DNA of 64,000 nucleotides, from positions 64,001 through 128,000 of the forward strand of contig CAVPHD010000009.1 in NCBI GenBank assembly GCA_963704165.1. The letters run 5' to 3'. Below, piece by piece: positions 9,461 to 18,478 of this stretch. This DNA comes from an uncultured delta proteobacterium (GTDB lineage: Bacteria; Myxococcota_A; UBA9160; SZUA-336). The number at the start of each line of letters is the position of its first letter. Within the stretch, counting starts at the first letter, position 1. Under the pieces are notes generated by a model. It worked only from the letters and a program-made list of their open reading frames with translations, was not told the DNA's origin and searched no databases. The translations under genes were made by a program, and so were the position numbers.

Positions 9461-10587
9461 ATGGACCGAGAGCGACTCCATCGACTGCTTCGGCTGGGCT
9501 TCGAGAAGGGTGCGTCCGACATCCACTTCCAGGTCGGATACCTGCCCCTGTATCGCTTCAACGGTGAACTGGTCGAGCTGAAGTACAAGATCCTGACGAT
9601 GGCCGACACCGAGGCCATCGCGCGTCTGCTGATGGAGTTCGACCCATCCAAGAATCTCGACGGCGGTCTCCGAGATCGACATGGCCTACGAGATCGCCGG
9701 CGAGGGCCGCTTCCGCGTCAACATCTCGCGCGAGCGCAAGGCCTACAACATCGTGCTGCGCGTCGTGCCGCTCTCGATCAAGACCTTCGAGGAGCTGAAC
9801 CTGACCGTCGGTGCTGAGGACGATCGCGTCGGTGCGGCGCGGTCTGGTGCTCGTCACCGGCGCGACCGGAATGGGCAAGTCCACCACGCTCGCGACGATG
9901 CTCCAGGAGATCAACCGGACGCTGCAAGTGCAAGATCGTGACGATCGAGGATCCGGTCGAGTTCATCTTCACGCACGAACACTCGATCATCACCCAGCGC
10001 GAGATCGGCACGGATACGCCGAGCTTCCCCGCGGCGCTCCGCGCCGCGCTGCGCCAGGATCCCGACGTGATCATGGTGGGCGAGATCCGCGACGCAGAGA
10101 CGGTCGATACGGCGCTCAAGGCCGCCGAGACCGGCCATGCGGTGTTCTCCTCGATCCACACCAACGACGTCGTGACGACACTCCGCGCGCGTCGTGCTCG
10201 TTCTTCCCGGTCGAGGAGCACCAGCAGGTCCGCGAGCGGATGGCCGAGAACCTCCAGGCGATCGTCTCGCTGCGCCTGCTGCCCAACAAGAAGGGCACCG
10301 GCCGCGTGCCCGCGGTCGAGGTCCTGCGCACGACCCGCTCGATTCGCGAGTGCATCCGCGATCCGAATCGCGCCGTGGAGATCCGCGACCACATCGAGAA
10401 GGGCCACTCCGACATGGAGATGCAGACCTTCGATCAGCACCTCCTCGAGCTGTACCAGGCGAACAAGATCAAGCTCGAGACCGCACGCGACGCGGCTTCG
10501 AATCCGCGGGACTTCGCGACCAAGCTCGCCCTCGAGGGAGACACGTCCTACACGCAGGAGAGCTCGAGTTCGCGTCCCCGGTGGTAG
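9461..10587 (+). CDS. pilT: PilT/PilU-family type IV pilus retraction ATPase; about 4 frameshifts (~9665, ~9810, ~9930, ~10190)
   Basis: GASDIHF, GRFRVNI, Walker [55 protein letters not shown] spread over successive frames. Confidence 0.9.
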
Positions 10588-10613
10588 TGACGAGGGTCGG
10601 TTCTAGAGACGCC

Positions 10614-11844
10614 ATGGAGATCCTCGCTCTCTACACCTCGCCCGACACGCTGCCGTCCGCGCTCGCCGCCGGTGCGCGTCATCTCGCGGCCTCGCTGCAG
10701 GGCTTCGCGCTGGTCTATCGAGCCGCCACGTCTCGAGCGAGCCCGACGGCTGGGCCGGCTTCACGTGCGCGAAGGACGCGCAGGTCGCGGGCGAGGAGCT
10801 CGACGATTTCGTCCGCCAGACGCTGGCCTCCGAGCGCCCGCTCCGCACCGACTCCCCCGAGGGAAGCCCGCGCATCTGGGGCCGCGCCGCGGGGGGAGTC
10901 TACGGCTTCCCGATCCGCCACAACGGACAGGTCGCGCGGCGTCGCGTTGCTCGGCTGCCCCGGACCGTGGCCGCGGGTTCAGAACGCAGGAATCGAGTCG
11001 GTCCTGCGCCAGATCGCCCTGGTCCTCGATCACCATGCGGTTTCGGGCGGAGGCGCGCCCGACGCCGAGCCATCGGACGAGCTGCTCCGGCTCTCCGAGC
11101 AGCTTCTCGCTCAGGACATCGAGCTGATCAAGCGCGAGGAGCGGCTCACGCTCGTCGAACGCCTGAAGGCAGACCTGATCGAGACGATGTCCTACGAGCT
11201 TCGTCAGCCGCTGAACAGCATGATCGAACGCATGATCTCGGTTCTGGCCAACGAGCACGAGGCGCTCTCCGGCGCTGGCCGCGATGCGCTACGCGGTGTT
11301 CTCGCCGACGGGAACACGCTGATGCAGATGCTCCAGAACATCCTCGACCTCTGGCGCCTGAAGCAGGGCGAGGTCACGCGTGGACATCCAGGACGTGAAC
11401 CTAGCCGAGGTGATCGAGGAAGCGATCTTCAACGTGCGCGACACGCTTCAACCCGACGTCGTGTTCGAGAAGCGCATCCCCTCGGCGCTGCCGAAGATCC
11501 GAACGGATCTCGCCAAGCTGAATCAGATCCTCTTCCACCTGCTCGACAATGCGGCGAAGTTCACGCGCCGCGGGCGGATCGCTCTCGAGCTCGGACTCGA
11601 GGATGGCCAGCTCGTCTGCAGCGTGACCGACACGGGGATTGGAATCGCCCCGGACGATCAAGAGCAGATCCTCGACGAGTTCTACCGGGTCGATTCGTCA
11701 CCCGACAGTCGTCACCGCGGTGCGGGACTCGGCCTCACGCTCGCGCGCGGACTGATCGAGAAGCTCGGCGGGTCGCTCTCGTTGCAGAGCGAGATCGGTC
11801 AGGGTTCGCGCTTCAGCTTCGCCTTGCCGGTCACCGTCTGCTAG
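10614..11844 (+). CDS. GAF-like + HisKA + HATPase histidine-kinase homologue with Tyr at the phospho-His position; frameshifts ~10720, ~10932, ~11380
   Basis: GAF-like GVYGFPIRHNGQV.GVALLG..VLRQIALVLDH; H-box MSYELRQPLNSM; N box QILFHLLDNAAKFT; G1 DTGIGI; G2 GAGLGL. Confidence 0.85.
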
Positions 11845-11871
11845 AGGTCGCCGGAGACTGACGCTACCGGA

Positions 11872-12081
11872 TCAGTGCTGAGCGGCGTCACCTTCGACGT
11901 CGGGTGCGATGTGGCCGGCCGCGATCTCGCGAAGCGCGTTCACGACCGCCTTGTTCTCGGTCGACTTCACCAGGCCGCGAGCGCCTCGCATGATCTGCTT
12001 CGCCCGGACGGAGACCATGACGACCAAGGCGAATCGATTGCCGACCCGCTCCGTGCAGTCCTCGATCGTGATTCTCGCCAA
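11872..12081 (-). CDS. rpoZ: RNA polymerase omega subunit
   Basis: ARITIEDC, NRFALV, RAKQI, ALREIAAG; AGGAG RBS before TTG. Confidence 0.95.
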   Translation of the reverse strand: MARITIEDCTERVGNRFALVVMVSVRAKQIMRGARGLVKSTENKAVVNALREIAAGHIAPDVEGDAAQH

Positions 12082-12135
12082 CGCGGTCTCCTTCTCGTAG
12101 CGGGACCGATCCTAGGATTCCGCCTTCTCGTTCGC

Positions 12136-12180
12136 AAGAAAGAAGAAGCCCCCGTCGCTTCGCAGCGACGGGGGCCTTCT
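12136..12180 (-). terminator. Rho-independent terminator after the histone-like microprotein gene
   Basis: Perfect 12-bp stem (12148-12159 / 12164-12175) with a GCGA loop on the minus strand, followed by TTCTTCTTTCTT. Confidence 0.8.
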
Positions 12181-12202
12181 ATGGAATCAGGATGCTAGGC
12201 CC

Positions 12203-12328
12203 TCAGCTGGCCTTCTTGCGGCGCCGCGTGGCCTTCTTCCGGCCAGCCTTCTTCTTCGCGCCCTTCTTCTTGCCACCCTTCTTCCGCCGCGTTGCCTTCT
12301 TGCTCGCGGCTTTCTTCCGAGCTGCCAT
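12203..12328 (-). CDS. 41-aa Lys/Arg/Ala-rich histone-H1-like microprotein
   Basis: Hand translation MAARKKAASKKATRRKKGGKKKGAKKKAGRKKATRRRKKAS; GGGGGTGAG RBS; terminator directly downstream; below the ORF-track length cutoff. Confidence 0.8.
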   Translation of the reverse strand: MAARKKAASKKATRRKKGGKKKGAKKKAGRKKATRRRKKAS

Positions 12329-12533
12329 TTGCTCTCACCCCCATTTGCGTTTTTGTTCACCGTGTTCGGGTTGCGACCGCTCTGCTTTCGCGTCCTGGAG
12401 CAACTCGTGCACGACCGAGAGGACCCTGATTTTCGTTTCCTCTCGCGTCACGTATCGGACTCGATCTTCCGAACTTGACGCGAGTACCGTTGTTTCACGT
12501 CTGGAAACGCATGGTTCCCGTTCTCGGTTGCAC
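12329..12533 (-). ncRNA. Candidate structured 5' leader or sRNA upstream of the histone-like gene
   Basis: Nested inverted repeats: 12407-12420 / 12522-12533, perfect 9-bp 12442-12450 / 12476-12484, inner 12455-12459 / 12468-12472, and 12492-12496 / 12504-12508. No family recognised. Confidence 0.4.
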
Positions 12534-12535
12534 AC

Positions 12536-12565
12536 ACAGTAAGCATTGCGCGGCGAAGGTGTCAA
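12536..12565 (-). promoter_or_regulatory. Putative sigma70-type promoter
   Basis: TTGACA (12565-12560), 18-bp spacer, TACTGT; T8 tract upstream resembles an UP element. Confidence 0.5.
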
Positions 12566-12646
12566 CGGACGTGCCAAAAAAAACGCACCGATGTGTTCCA
12601 TCGGTGCGTGTAGGTTGGCTCGAGGTGCTGCCGAACGCGATCGCGC

Positions 12647-12742
12647 TCAGCGCTTGTTGCGCTTGTGCCTCTGCTTCGCGCGCAGCTTCTTGTACTTGTG
12701 CTTGCGCATCTTCTTGCGGCGCTTCTTGATCACACTGCCCAC
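12647..12742 (-). CDS. 31-aa AURKAIP1/COX24-domain (bS22/mS38-like) basic microprotein
   Basis: Hand translation MGSVIKKRRKKMRKHKYKKLRAKQRHKRNKR; matches the MGSVIKKRRK start of actinobacterial bS22; GGAGG RBS before GTG. Confidence 0.88.
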   Translation of the reverse strand: MGSVIKKRRKKMRKHKYKKLRAKQRHKRNKR

Positions 12743-12776
12743 GGAAAACAGGGCCTCCACCGTCGAGTGGCGGCCG

Positions 12777-12804
12777 AAGTTATCCGTGGGCTTGTGCTTG
12801 TCAA
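12777..12804 (-). promoter_or_regulatory. Putative sigma70-type promoter for the bS22-like gene
   Basis: TTGACA (12804-12799), 16-bp spacer, TAACTT. Confidence 0.5.
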
Positions 12805-12809
12805 GCGTC

Positions 12810-13304
12810 TCAGACTCGAGAGAGCGCCCAGGCCGCCCGCCCGAGCATGCGCGCCTGGATTCGCCCGCACAGCCGGTTGAGGGCGTGCCCGCGTGGCAGG
12901 AAACGGATCAGCGGTCTGCGACGGATCCCGAGCTCGGCCAGGCGCCGGTGCACCGCCGCGTTCTCGGGATCGACCATCAGCGCTCGGCGCAGGAAGCGGA
13001 TCGCGTCCGCCTTGAAGTCGAATGCGAGGTAGATCCGCGCGAGGTTCTGATAGAGGTCGGGATTGTAGAACTCCTGTCGCACCGCTGCGCGCGCCAGCTC
13101 GACGGCGCCCAGGAACTGACCACGCACGAGCGCGAGCGCGAGCGCATAGGACGAGCGGAAGCGCGCATTCTGCGGATCGATCAGATAGGCACGACTCAGA
13201 TGCTCGAATGCTTCGTGCCCGTGTCCCGCCTCGAGAAGCGCGATACCGCGACGGTTGTGCTCTTCGGGCGTAAATTCGGTCTTCTGCTGCATGAGGTCTG
13301 CCAC
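12810..13304 (-). CDS. Tetratricopeptide repeat protein (~160 aa)
   Basis: TPR-like AFEHLSRAYLIDPQNA and LYQNLARIYL..AIRFLRRALMVDPENA; basic C-terminus; start GTG 13304 or ATG 13292. Confidence 0.85.
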   Translation of the reverse strand: MADLMQQKTEFTPEEHNRRGIALLEAGHGHEAFEHLSRAYLIDPQNARFRSSYALALALVRGQFLGAVELARAAVRQEFYNPDLYQNLARIYLAFDFKADAIRFLRRALMVDPENAAVHRRLAELGIRRRPLIRFLPRGHALNRLCGRIQARMLGRAAWALSRV

Positions 13305-13396
13305 CTGTCCCCTTCTGCCCCCCTGAGCGGCCTTATCGGCCAGTTCCTCCGGGAGATGAGTGGCCTCGGCAACCGTGCAGATCGCCCAGCCTCTGC

Positions 13397-15142
13397 CTAT
13401 GCGTGAAGTGGCAGGCGCACGACGAACTCGACCGTTCCAGCGAAGGGAAGCTCGGCCCAGGCGCGTCCGCCGTGCAGCTCGGCAATCGCGCGAACCAGGT
13501 TGAGCCCCAGCCCGACGCCCCCGTACTTCCGGGAGTACGAGCCGTCGCGCTGAACGAAGCGTGCGAAGATCCGCTCGAGATCCTCCGGTCCCAACTCGGC
13601 GCAGGGATTCCGCACTCGAACCTCGACGGCCTCGTCGTCCGCATTCGTGGAGACACGCACGCGAGCACCGCGCGTGCTGAACTTCAGGGAGTTCTCGAGC
13701 AGGTTGAGCACCACCTGTTTGATCCGATCGGGATCGAGGTCCGCCCGAGGCAGGCCGGGGTCGAGCGCCAGATCGACCGCGAATCCGGCCTCGTCCAGTC
13801 GGGGCTTCAGGATCTGCAGGCACTCGTGAACGATCGATCCCAGGGCTACGGGCCTGCGTGCGAGCGCGACACCCCCCGCCTCGATGTTCGATAGCTCGAG
13901 CAGACCGCGGATCAGCTCGGTCATGCGCGCGGCCTCGCGTTCGACGAGCCCGAGGAACTCCGCGCGCTGGACGGTATCGAGCCTCGCGCCTCCGGCGACT
14001 TCGGCGGCGATGTCCCTGCGGAGCAGTGTCGCGAATCCCTTGATGCTCGTGAGTGGAGTCGTCAGCTCGTGGCTCACGTTCGCGAGGAACTCGGACTTCA
14101 TCCGATCCGCGTCCACGATCCGTACGTTCTGCTGCCTCAATTCCTCGTTGCGCTCTCCCAGCTCTCGCTCGAGGCGCAGTCGCTCCGTCACATCGCGTGC
14201 GATGCACACGAGGGCATTCGAGCTCGCGGAGACGCGAGCGGATACCTCGATCGTCGCCAGCCCGGTCCGCGTGCGCGCCTCGAGCTGGATGCCTCGCATC
14301 GCGCCGAGCTCGAAGAGACGCGGGAGCACCTCCCGGATCGCCCGCCAGGAGGCGTCGGAGAGAAGGTCCTGCGCGGACTGACCGCGCAGCTCCGCGAGTG
14401 TCATGGAAGAGAAGCGCAGCGCGGCGCGATTCGCGTCGAGCACCATCATCGAGCGGTCGAAGACCAGAATGATGTCCGGCACCTCGTCCATGAAGCGCCG
14501 GACCCGCTGCAGATCGCGCAGGTCGGAGAACTCAGTCGTTCGAGCTTCGGACTCGGGATCGTCCCGCCGGACGGACTCGCGTCCTTCGAGCTCCGCTTGA
14601 AGCAAGCACGCCTCGCGCAGCACGCGCTCGTGCCGCGCGTCGCGGCATGGAATCCAGGACTTCACCTCGAAGCAACAGCGGTTGCCGCCACTCGCCGCGC
14701 ACTCGACATGGGAAACCAACACCGGCCCCTCGCCCGAGCAGCTCGACAGGAGAGCCCGCAAGGCGCCGAGCCGGAACTCGCACTCGCTCGCCTCGGCTGG
14801 AAAGCCGGGCGCGTTGGACCAGAAGAGCTGCGTGTCCCGCTCGCCGGAGCGGACCTCCACACTCGAGTGTCGGTCGAGCAATCGCGCCCAAGTCGGGAGC
14901 TCAGCCAGGAGAACGCTCGGGTCCTGAGCGAGTTCTGCGAAGGCGAGCACCCAGGGCTCCGAAACCTCCCAGACGCGCAGGCCCGCGGTGAAGGCGTTGT
15001 CGCGGTCCGCGAAGATCTCGAGCAGCCGCGCCCGAGGAATCCAGAGCGCCCGTTCCGCGCGCTCCTCGGGTTCGGGGCGCGCCAACGTCGGACCCTTGAT
15101 GGCGACCGGAGCCTGGGCGCTGCGACGAGCGCGCTCGCTCAC
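13397..15142 (-). CDS. V4R-like + PAS sensor histidine kinase
   Basis: ECEFRLGAL..VSHVECAASGGNRCCFEV (V4R-like); PAS VLDANRAAL..IARDVTER; H-box VSHELTTPLTSIKG; N box NLLENSLKF; G2 GGVGLGL. Confidence 0.9.
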   Translation of the reverse strand: MSERARRSAQAPVAIKGPTLARPEPEERAERALWIPRARLLEIFADRDNAFTAGLRVWEVSEPWVLAFAELAQDPSVLLAELPTWARLLDRHSSVEVRSGERDTQLFWSNAPGFPAEASECEFRLGALRALLSSCSGEGPVLVSHVECAASGGNRCCFEVKSWIPCRDARHERVLREACLLQAELEGRESVRRDDPESEARTTEFSDLRDLQRVRRFMDEVPDIILVFDRSMMVLDANRAALRFSSMTLAELRGQSAQDLLSDASWRAIREVLPRLFELGAMRGIQLEARTRTGLATIEVSARVSASSNALVCIARDVTERLRLERELGERNEELRQQNVRIVDADRMKSEFLANVSHELTTPLTSIKGFATLLRRDIAAEVAGGARLDTVQRAEFLGLVEREAARMTELIRGLLELSNIEAGGVALARRPVALGSIVHECLQILKPRLDEAGFAVDLALDPGLPRADLDPDRIKQVVLNLLENSLKFSTRGARVRVSTNADDEAVEVRVRNPCAELGPEDLERIFARFVQRDGSYSRKYGGVGLGLNLVRAIAELHGGRAWAELPFAGTVEFVVRLPLHA

Positions 15143-15162
15143 CGTGGCCGAGATCCCCGGGC

Positions 15163-15396
15163 TCAGTTCTCGATGATCTCGAGGATGTACCGCTTGTTCT
15201 CCTTGCCGCTCGCAGCTGCGAGGATGGTGCGGATCGCCGAAGCGTGTGCCCCGCCCTTGCCGATCACCTTGCCGAGATCCTCCTTCGCCACGGAGAGTTC
15301 GATCACGTGGGCATGGTTGCCCTTGATCTCGGTGATCTCGACCGATTCGGGCCTGTCGACCAGAGCCTTTACGATCATCTCGACCAGCTCTTTCAT
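15163..15396 (-). CDS. khpA: KH-domain RNA-binding protein (KhpA/UPF0109 family)
   Basis: MKELVEMIVKALVDRPE, AKEDLGKVIGKGG, AIRTIL; AGGAG RBS. Confidence 0.9.
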   Translation of the reverse strand: MKELVEMIVKALVDRPESVEITEIKGNHAHVIELSVAKEDLGKVIGKGGAHASAIRTILAAASGKENKRYILEIIEN

Positions 15397-15457
15397 GTCC
15401 GACTCCTGCACCGGTGGCGAAATCGAGCGTCGGTGAATCCAGGGAGAGACCCGATTC

Positions 15458-15486
15458 AGTCTCTCACCCCGTTTCGAAAGGGTCAA
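15458..15486 (-). promoter_or_regulatory. Possible sigma70-type promoter for khpA and the kinase
   Basis: TTGACC, 17-bp spacer, GAGACT. Confidence 0.35.
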
Positions 15487-15520
15487 CCACGCAACTTCCG
15501 GGGAGAACGCGCGACCCGCT

Positions 15521-16135
15521 TCAGCTACCGGTTCGCGTGAATCCAGCATTCTCCAGATACCGAAAGACGTACTTCCCGAGCACGTCGAGCTCGAGATTCA
15601 CGGTCATGCCCGGCACGAAGCTCCCGAGTGTCGTGACCGCGAGGGTGTGCGGGATGAGCGCCACGGAGAAGCCCCGCTCATCGGGGGCAACCACCGTGAG
15701 CGAAGTACCTTCGAGCGAGATCGATCCCTTGGGCACGATCTGCCTGGCGAGCGGGGTCGGGCAATCGACGCGAACCAGACGATCGGTGCCATCGCGCTCG
15801 ACCGAGCGAACCGTTCCCGTTCCATCGACGTGTCCCTGGACGATGTGCCCGTCGAGGCGAGCATCGGCGCGCATCGCGCGCTCGAGATTCACGGCGTCGC
15901 CGGGCTTCCGCGTTCCGAGCGACGTGGTTCGCATCGTCTCGGCGACCGCTTGGAAGACGAGGGCCGCACCGCGGACCTCGACCACCGTGAGACAGCATCC
16001 GGAGATCGCGATGCTGTCTCCGATCCGGACCTCGCCCGCGAGATCGACGCCGGCTTCGATCTCGAGTTCCACCCGGCCCCCGATCGGCTCGATCCGCGTG
16101 ATTCGCGCGACGCGTTCGACGATTCCGGTGAACAC
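15521..16135 (-). CDS. ribE: Riboflavin synthase
   Basis: MFTGIVE start, GDSIAISGCCLTV, VNLERAM, GHIVQGHVDG, LIPHT. Confidence 0.97.
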   Translation of the reverse strand: MFTGIVERVARITRIEPIGGRVELEIEAGVDLAGEVRIGDSIAISGCCLTVVEVRGAALVFQAVAETMRTTSLGTRKPGDAVNLERAMRADARLDGHIVQGHVDGTGTVRSVERDGTDRLVRVDCPTPLARQIVPKGSISLEGTSLTVVAPDERGFSVALIPHTLAVTTLGSFVPGMTVNLELDVLGKYVFRYLENAGFTRTGS

Positions 16136-16145
16136 GCGGCGCCCC

Positions 16146-17102
16146 TCAACGTGGCTTGAAACGGAAATTGTGCTCCGCTTCGATCCAACGTGTCGTCATC
16201 GAGTGACTGCGCATCACGACGGAGTGGGTCAATGCGCCCTCCGCGCGGAATCGCACGCCCTTCAGGAAGTCTCCCTCCGTCACGCCGGTGCCGGCGAACA
16301 ACACGTCCCCCGAGGCGAGGTCGTCCAGGGTGAGCTTCGCGTCGACGTCCTTGATTCCCATCGCGCGCGCGCGATCGGCCTCACCCTGGTTGCGCGGCTT
16401 CAACCGACCCTGGATGTCCCCGCCCTGGCAGCGGAGCGCCGCCGCGGCGATCACGCCCTCGGGCGCGCCGCCGATTCCCAGCAACACGTCGACCTGATGT
16501 TGCCGGCTGCACGTCGCGATCGCGGCGGAGACGTCGCCGTCCTTGATCAGCTTGATTCGCGCCCCGGCCTTCCTCACCTCGTCGATCAGCTTTTCGTGAC
16601 GCGGTCGATCGAGGATGACGACGGTCAGATCCGACACGGGTACGCTCATGGCCTTCGAGATGTTCTTCAGGTTCTCCGTCGGTCCGAGGTCGATGTCGAT
16701 GGCACCGCGCGCGGCCGGCCCCACGGCGATCTTCTCCATGTAGGTGTCGGGTGCGTGCAGGAAGCCACCCTCTTCCGCCGCGGCGATCACCGAGAGGGCG
16801 TTCTGTCCGCCCGTGGCGCAAAGCGTCGTGCCCTCGAGCGGATCGAGCGCGATCTCGATCCGCGGACCCTTACCGGTCCCGACCTTCTCGCCGATGTAGA
16901 GCATCGGCGCCTCGTCGCGCTCGCCCTCGCCGATCACGACCGTCGCATCCATTTCGATGCGATTCAGCGCGGTGCGCATCGCATCGACCGCGGCCTGGTC
17001 CGCGGCCGTCTCGTCACCCCGCCCCATGAGCCGCGCGCACTCGAGCGCGGCCGCCTCCGTCGCACGCACGAGTTCGAGTGCCAGATTCCGATCCATTGCC
17101 AT
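16146..17102 (-). CDS. glpX: Class II fructose-1,6-bisphosphatase
   Basis: VIGEGERDEAPML, DPLEGTT, APDTYMEK, DRPRH, GIGGAPEGV. Confidence 0.97.
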   Translation of the reverse strand: MAMDRNLALELVRATEAAALECARLMGRGDETAADQAAVDAMRTALNRIEMDATVVIGEGERDEAPMLYIGEKVGTGKGPRIEIALDPLEGTTLCATGGQNALSVIAAAEEGGFLHAPDTYMEKIAVGPAARGAIDIDLGPTENLKNISKAMSVPVSDLTVVILDRPRHEKLIDEVRKAGARIKLIKDGDVSAAIATCSRQHQVDVLLGIGGAPEGVIAAAALRCQGGDIQGRLKPRNQGEADRARAMGIKDVDAKLTLDDLASGDVLFAGTGVTEGDFLKGVRFRAEGALTHSVVMRSHSMTTRWIEAEHNFRFKPR

Positions 17103-17123
17103 GTCTGTTGCTCCCTCCGTCAG

Positions 17124-18476
17124 CTAGAAGCGCTGATCGATCTGTCGGTAGATCTCGCTTCGTACGACGTCATAGCGCGCAGGAAGCACGATCGGCGGAT
17201 TCGCCAGCCCTGAGTCGATGCCGGCGAGCTTCGATTGGTGATAGCGCACCTTGAAATCGGTGAACTTGAGTCCGTGCGCGGTCGAGACGACGACGACACG
17301 CTGGTCCTTCTGGATCTGCCCGCGCTTGACGAGCTTCTTCAACGCGGCGAGCGCCACCCCCGTATGGGGACACGCGAAGAGGCCCGTACGGTCGGCCTCA
17401 GCGGCGGCCGCGGCGATCTCGTTCTCCGAGGCCTGCTCGACGATCCCGTCGAAACGGCGCAGGGTCGCGACCGCGCGGTCGAACGAGACGGGATTCCCGA
17501 TCTGGATCGCCGACGCCAGCGTCGGCCGCGCGTGCATCGGCTCGAACTTCTCGAAGTCGCCGAGATAGCTCTGATAGAGAGGGTTCGCGTTTTCCGCCTG
17601 CGCACAGCAGATGCGCGGCAGCCGGTCGATGATGCCGAGGTCGAGCCACTCGAGCAGTCCCTTTCCGAGCGCCGAGACGTTGCCGAGGTTGCCCCCCGGA
17701 ATCACGATCCAGTCCGGAACCTCCCAGTCGAACTGCTGCACGATCTCCATGCCCAGCGTCTTCTGGCCCTCGATGCGCAGGCTGTTCATCGAGTTCGCCA
17801 GGTAGATGCCATCGCGCTGCGCGATCTCCCTCACGATCGCCATGCATCCGTCGAAGTCCGTCTCGAGCGAGAGCGTGATCGCACCGTTCGCGAGCGGCTG
17901 GACCAACTGGGCGATCGATACCTTGTCCTTCGGCAGCAGCACGATCGCGGGGATCCCCGCATAGGCCGCGTACGCGGAGAGCGCCGCAGAGGTGTCGCCC
18001 GTCGATGCGCAGGCGACCGCGCGCACGTCCTTTCCCATCTTGATCATCTGATTCACGACCGACACGAGCACGGTCATGCCGAGATCCTTGAAGCTGCCCG
18101 TATGGGTATTGCCGCAGAGCTTCACCCACAGATCGTCGACACCGAGCTGCGCGCCGAGTCGTTTGGCCCAGAACAGGTTCGTGTGTCCCTCGAACATCGA
18201 GACGACGTTCTCTTCCTCGACCGCCGGGCAGATCAGCTCCGACTTGCCCCAGACCCCGGAACCGTACGGCCACTCCGTGCTGTGGGCGCGATCGTCGAAG
18301 ATCTTCATCCACTTCTGGGGTGGGGTGCGCTTCAACCGCGCCATGTCGTGCTGCACCGTGAGCAACCCCTCGCAGTGCGGGCAGGTGTAGATCACCTCGG
18401 TGAGCTCCCAGCGACCCGCACAGCCGCGCGCGCACTCGAACCAGGCGTCGTACTTCGGCGAACGTGTCGGCGGCAT
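17124..18476 (-). CDS. thrC: Threonine synthase (plant-like subtype)
   Basis: [49 protein letters not shown]. Confidence 0.96.
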   Translation of the reverse strand: MPPTRSPKYDAWFECARGCAGRWELTEVIYTCPHCEGLLTVQHDMARLKRTPPQKWMKIFDDRAHSTEWPYGSGVWGKSELICPAVEEENVVSMFEGHTNLFWAKRLGAQLGVDDLWVKLCGNTHTGSFKDLGMTVLVSVVNQMIKMGKDVRAVACASTGDTSAALSAYAAYAGIPAIVLLPKDKVSIAQLVQPLANGAITLSLETDFDGCMAIVREIAQRDGIYLANSMNSLRIEGQKTLGMEIVQQFDWEVPDWIVIPGGNLGNVSALGKGLLEWLDLGIIDRLPRICCAQAENANPLYQSYLGDFEKFEPMHARPTLASAIQIGNPVSFDRAVATLRRFDGIVEQASENEIAAAAAEADRTGLFACPHTGVALAALKKLVKRGQIQKDQRVVVVSTAHGLKFTDFKVRYHQSKLAGIDSGLANPPIVLPARYDVVRSEIYRQIDQRF

Positions 18477-18478
18477 GT

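Noticed and set aside
12365..12400. c-di-GMP-I riboswitch-like words (GGACGCGAAAGC)
   Set aside because: The upstream GGCAAAC/GNRA stem and the tetraloop-receptor stem of the GEMM motif are not evident.
12335..12601. 88-aa minus-strand ORF upstream of the histone-like gene
   Set aside because: It spans the predicted promoter, has no recognisable motif or clear RBS, and is better explained as promoter plus leader; not fully excluded.
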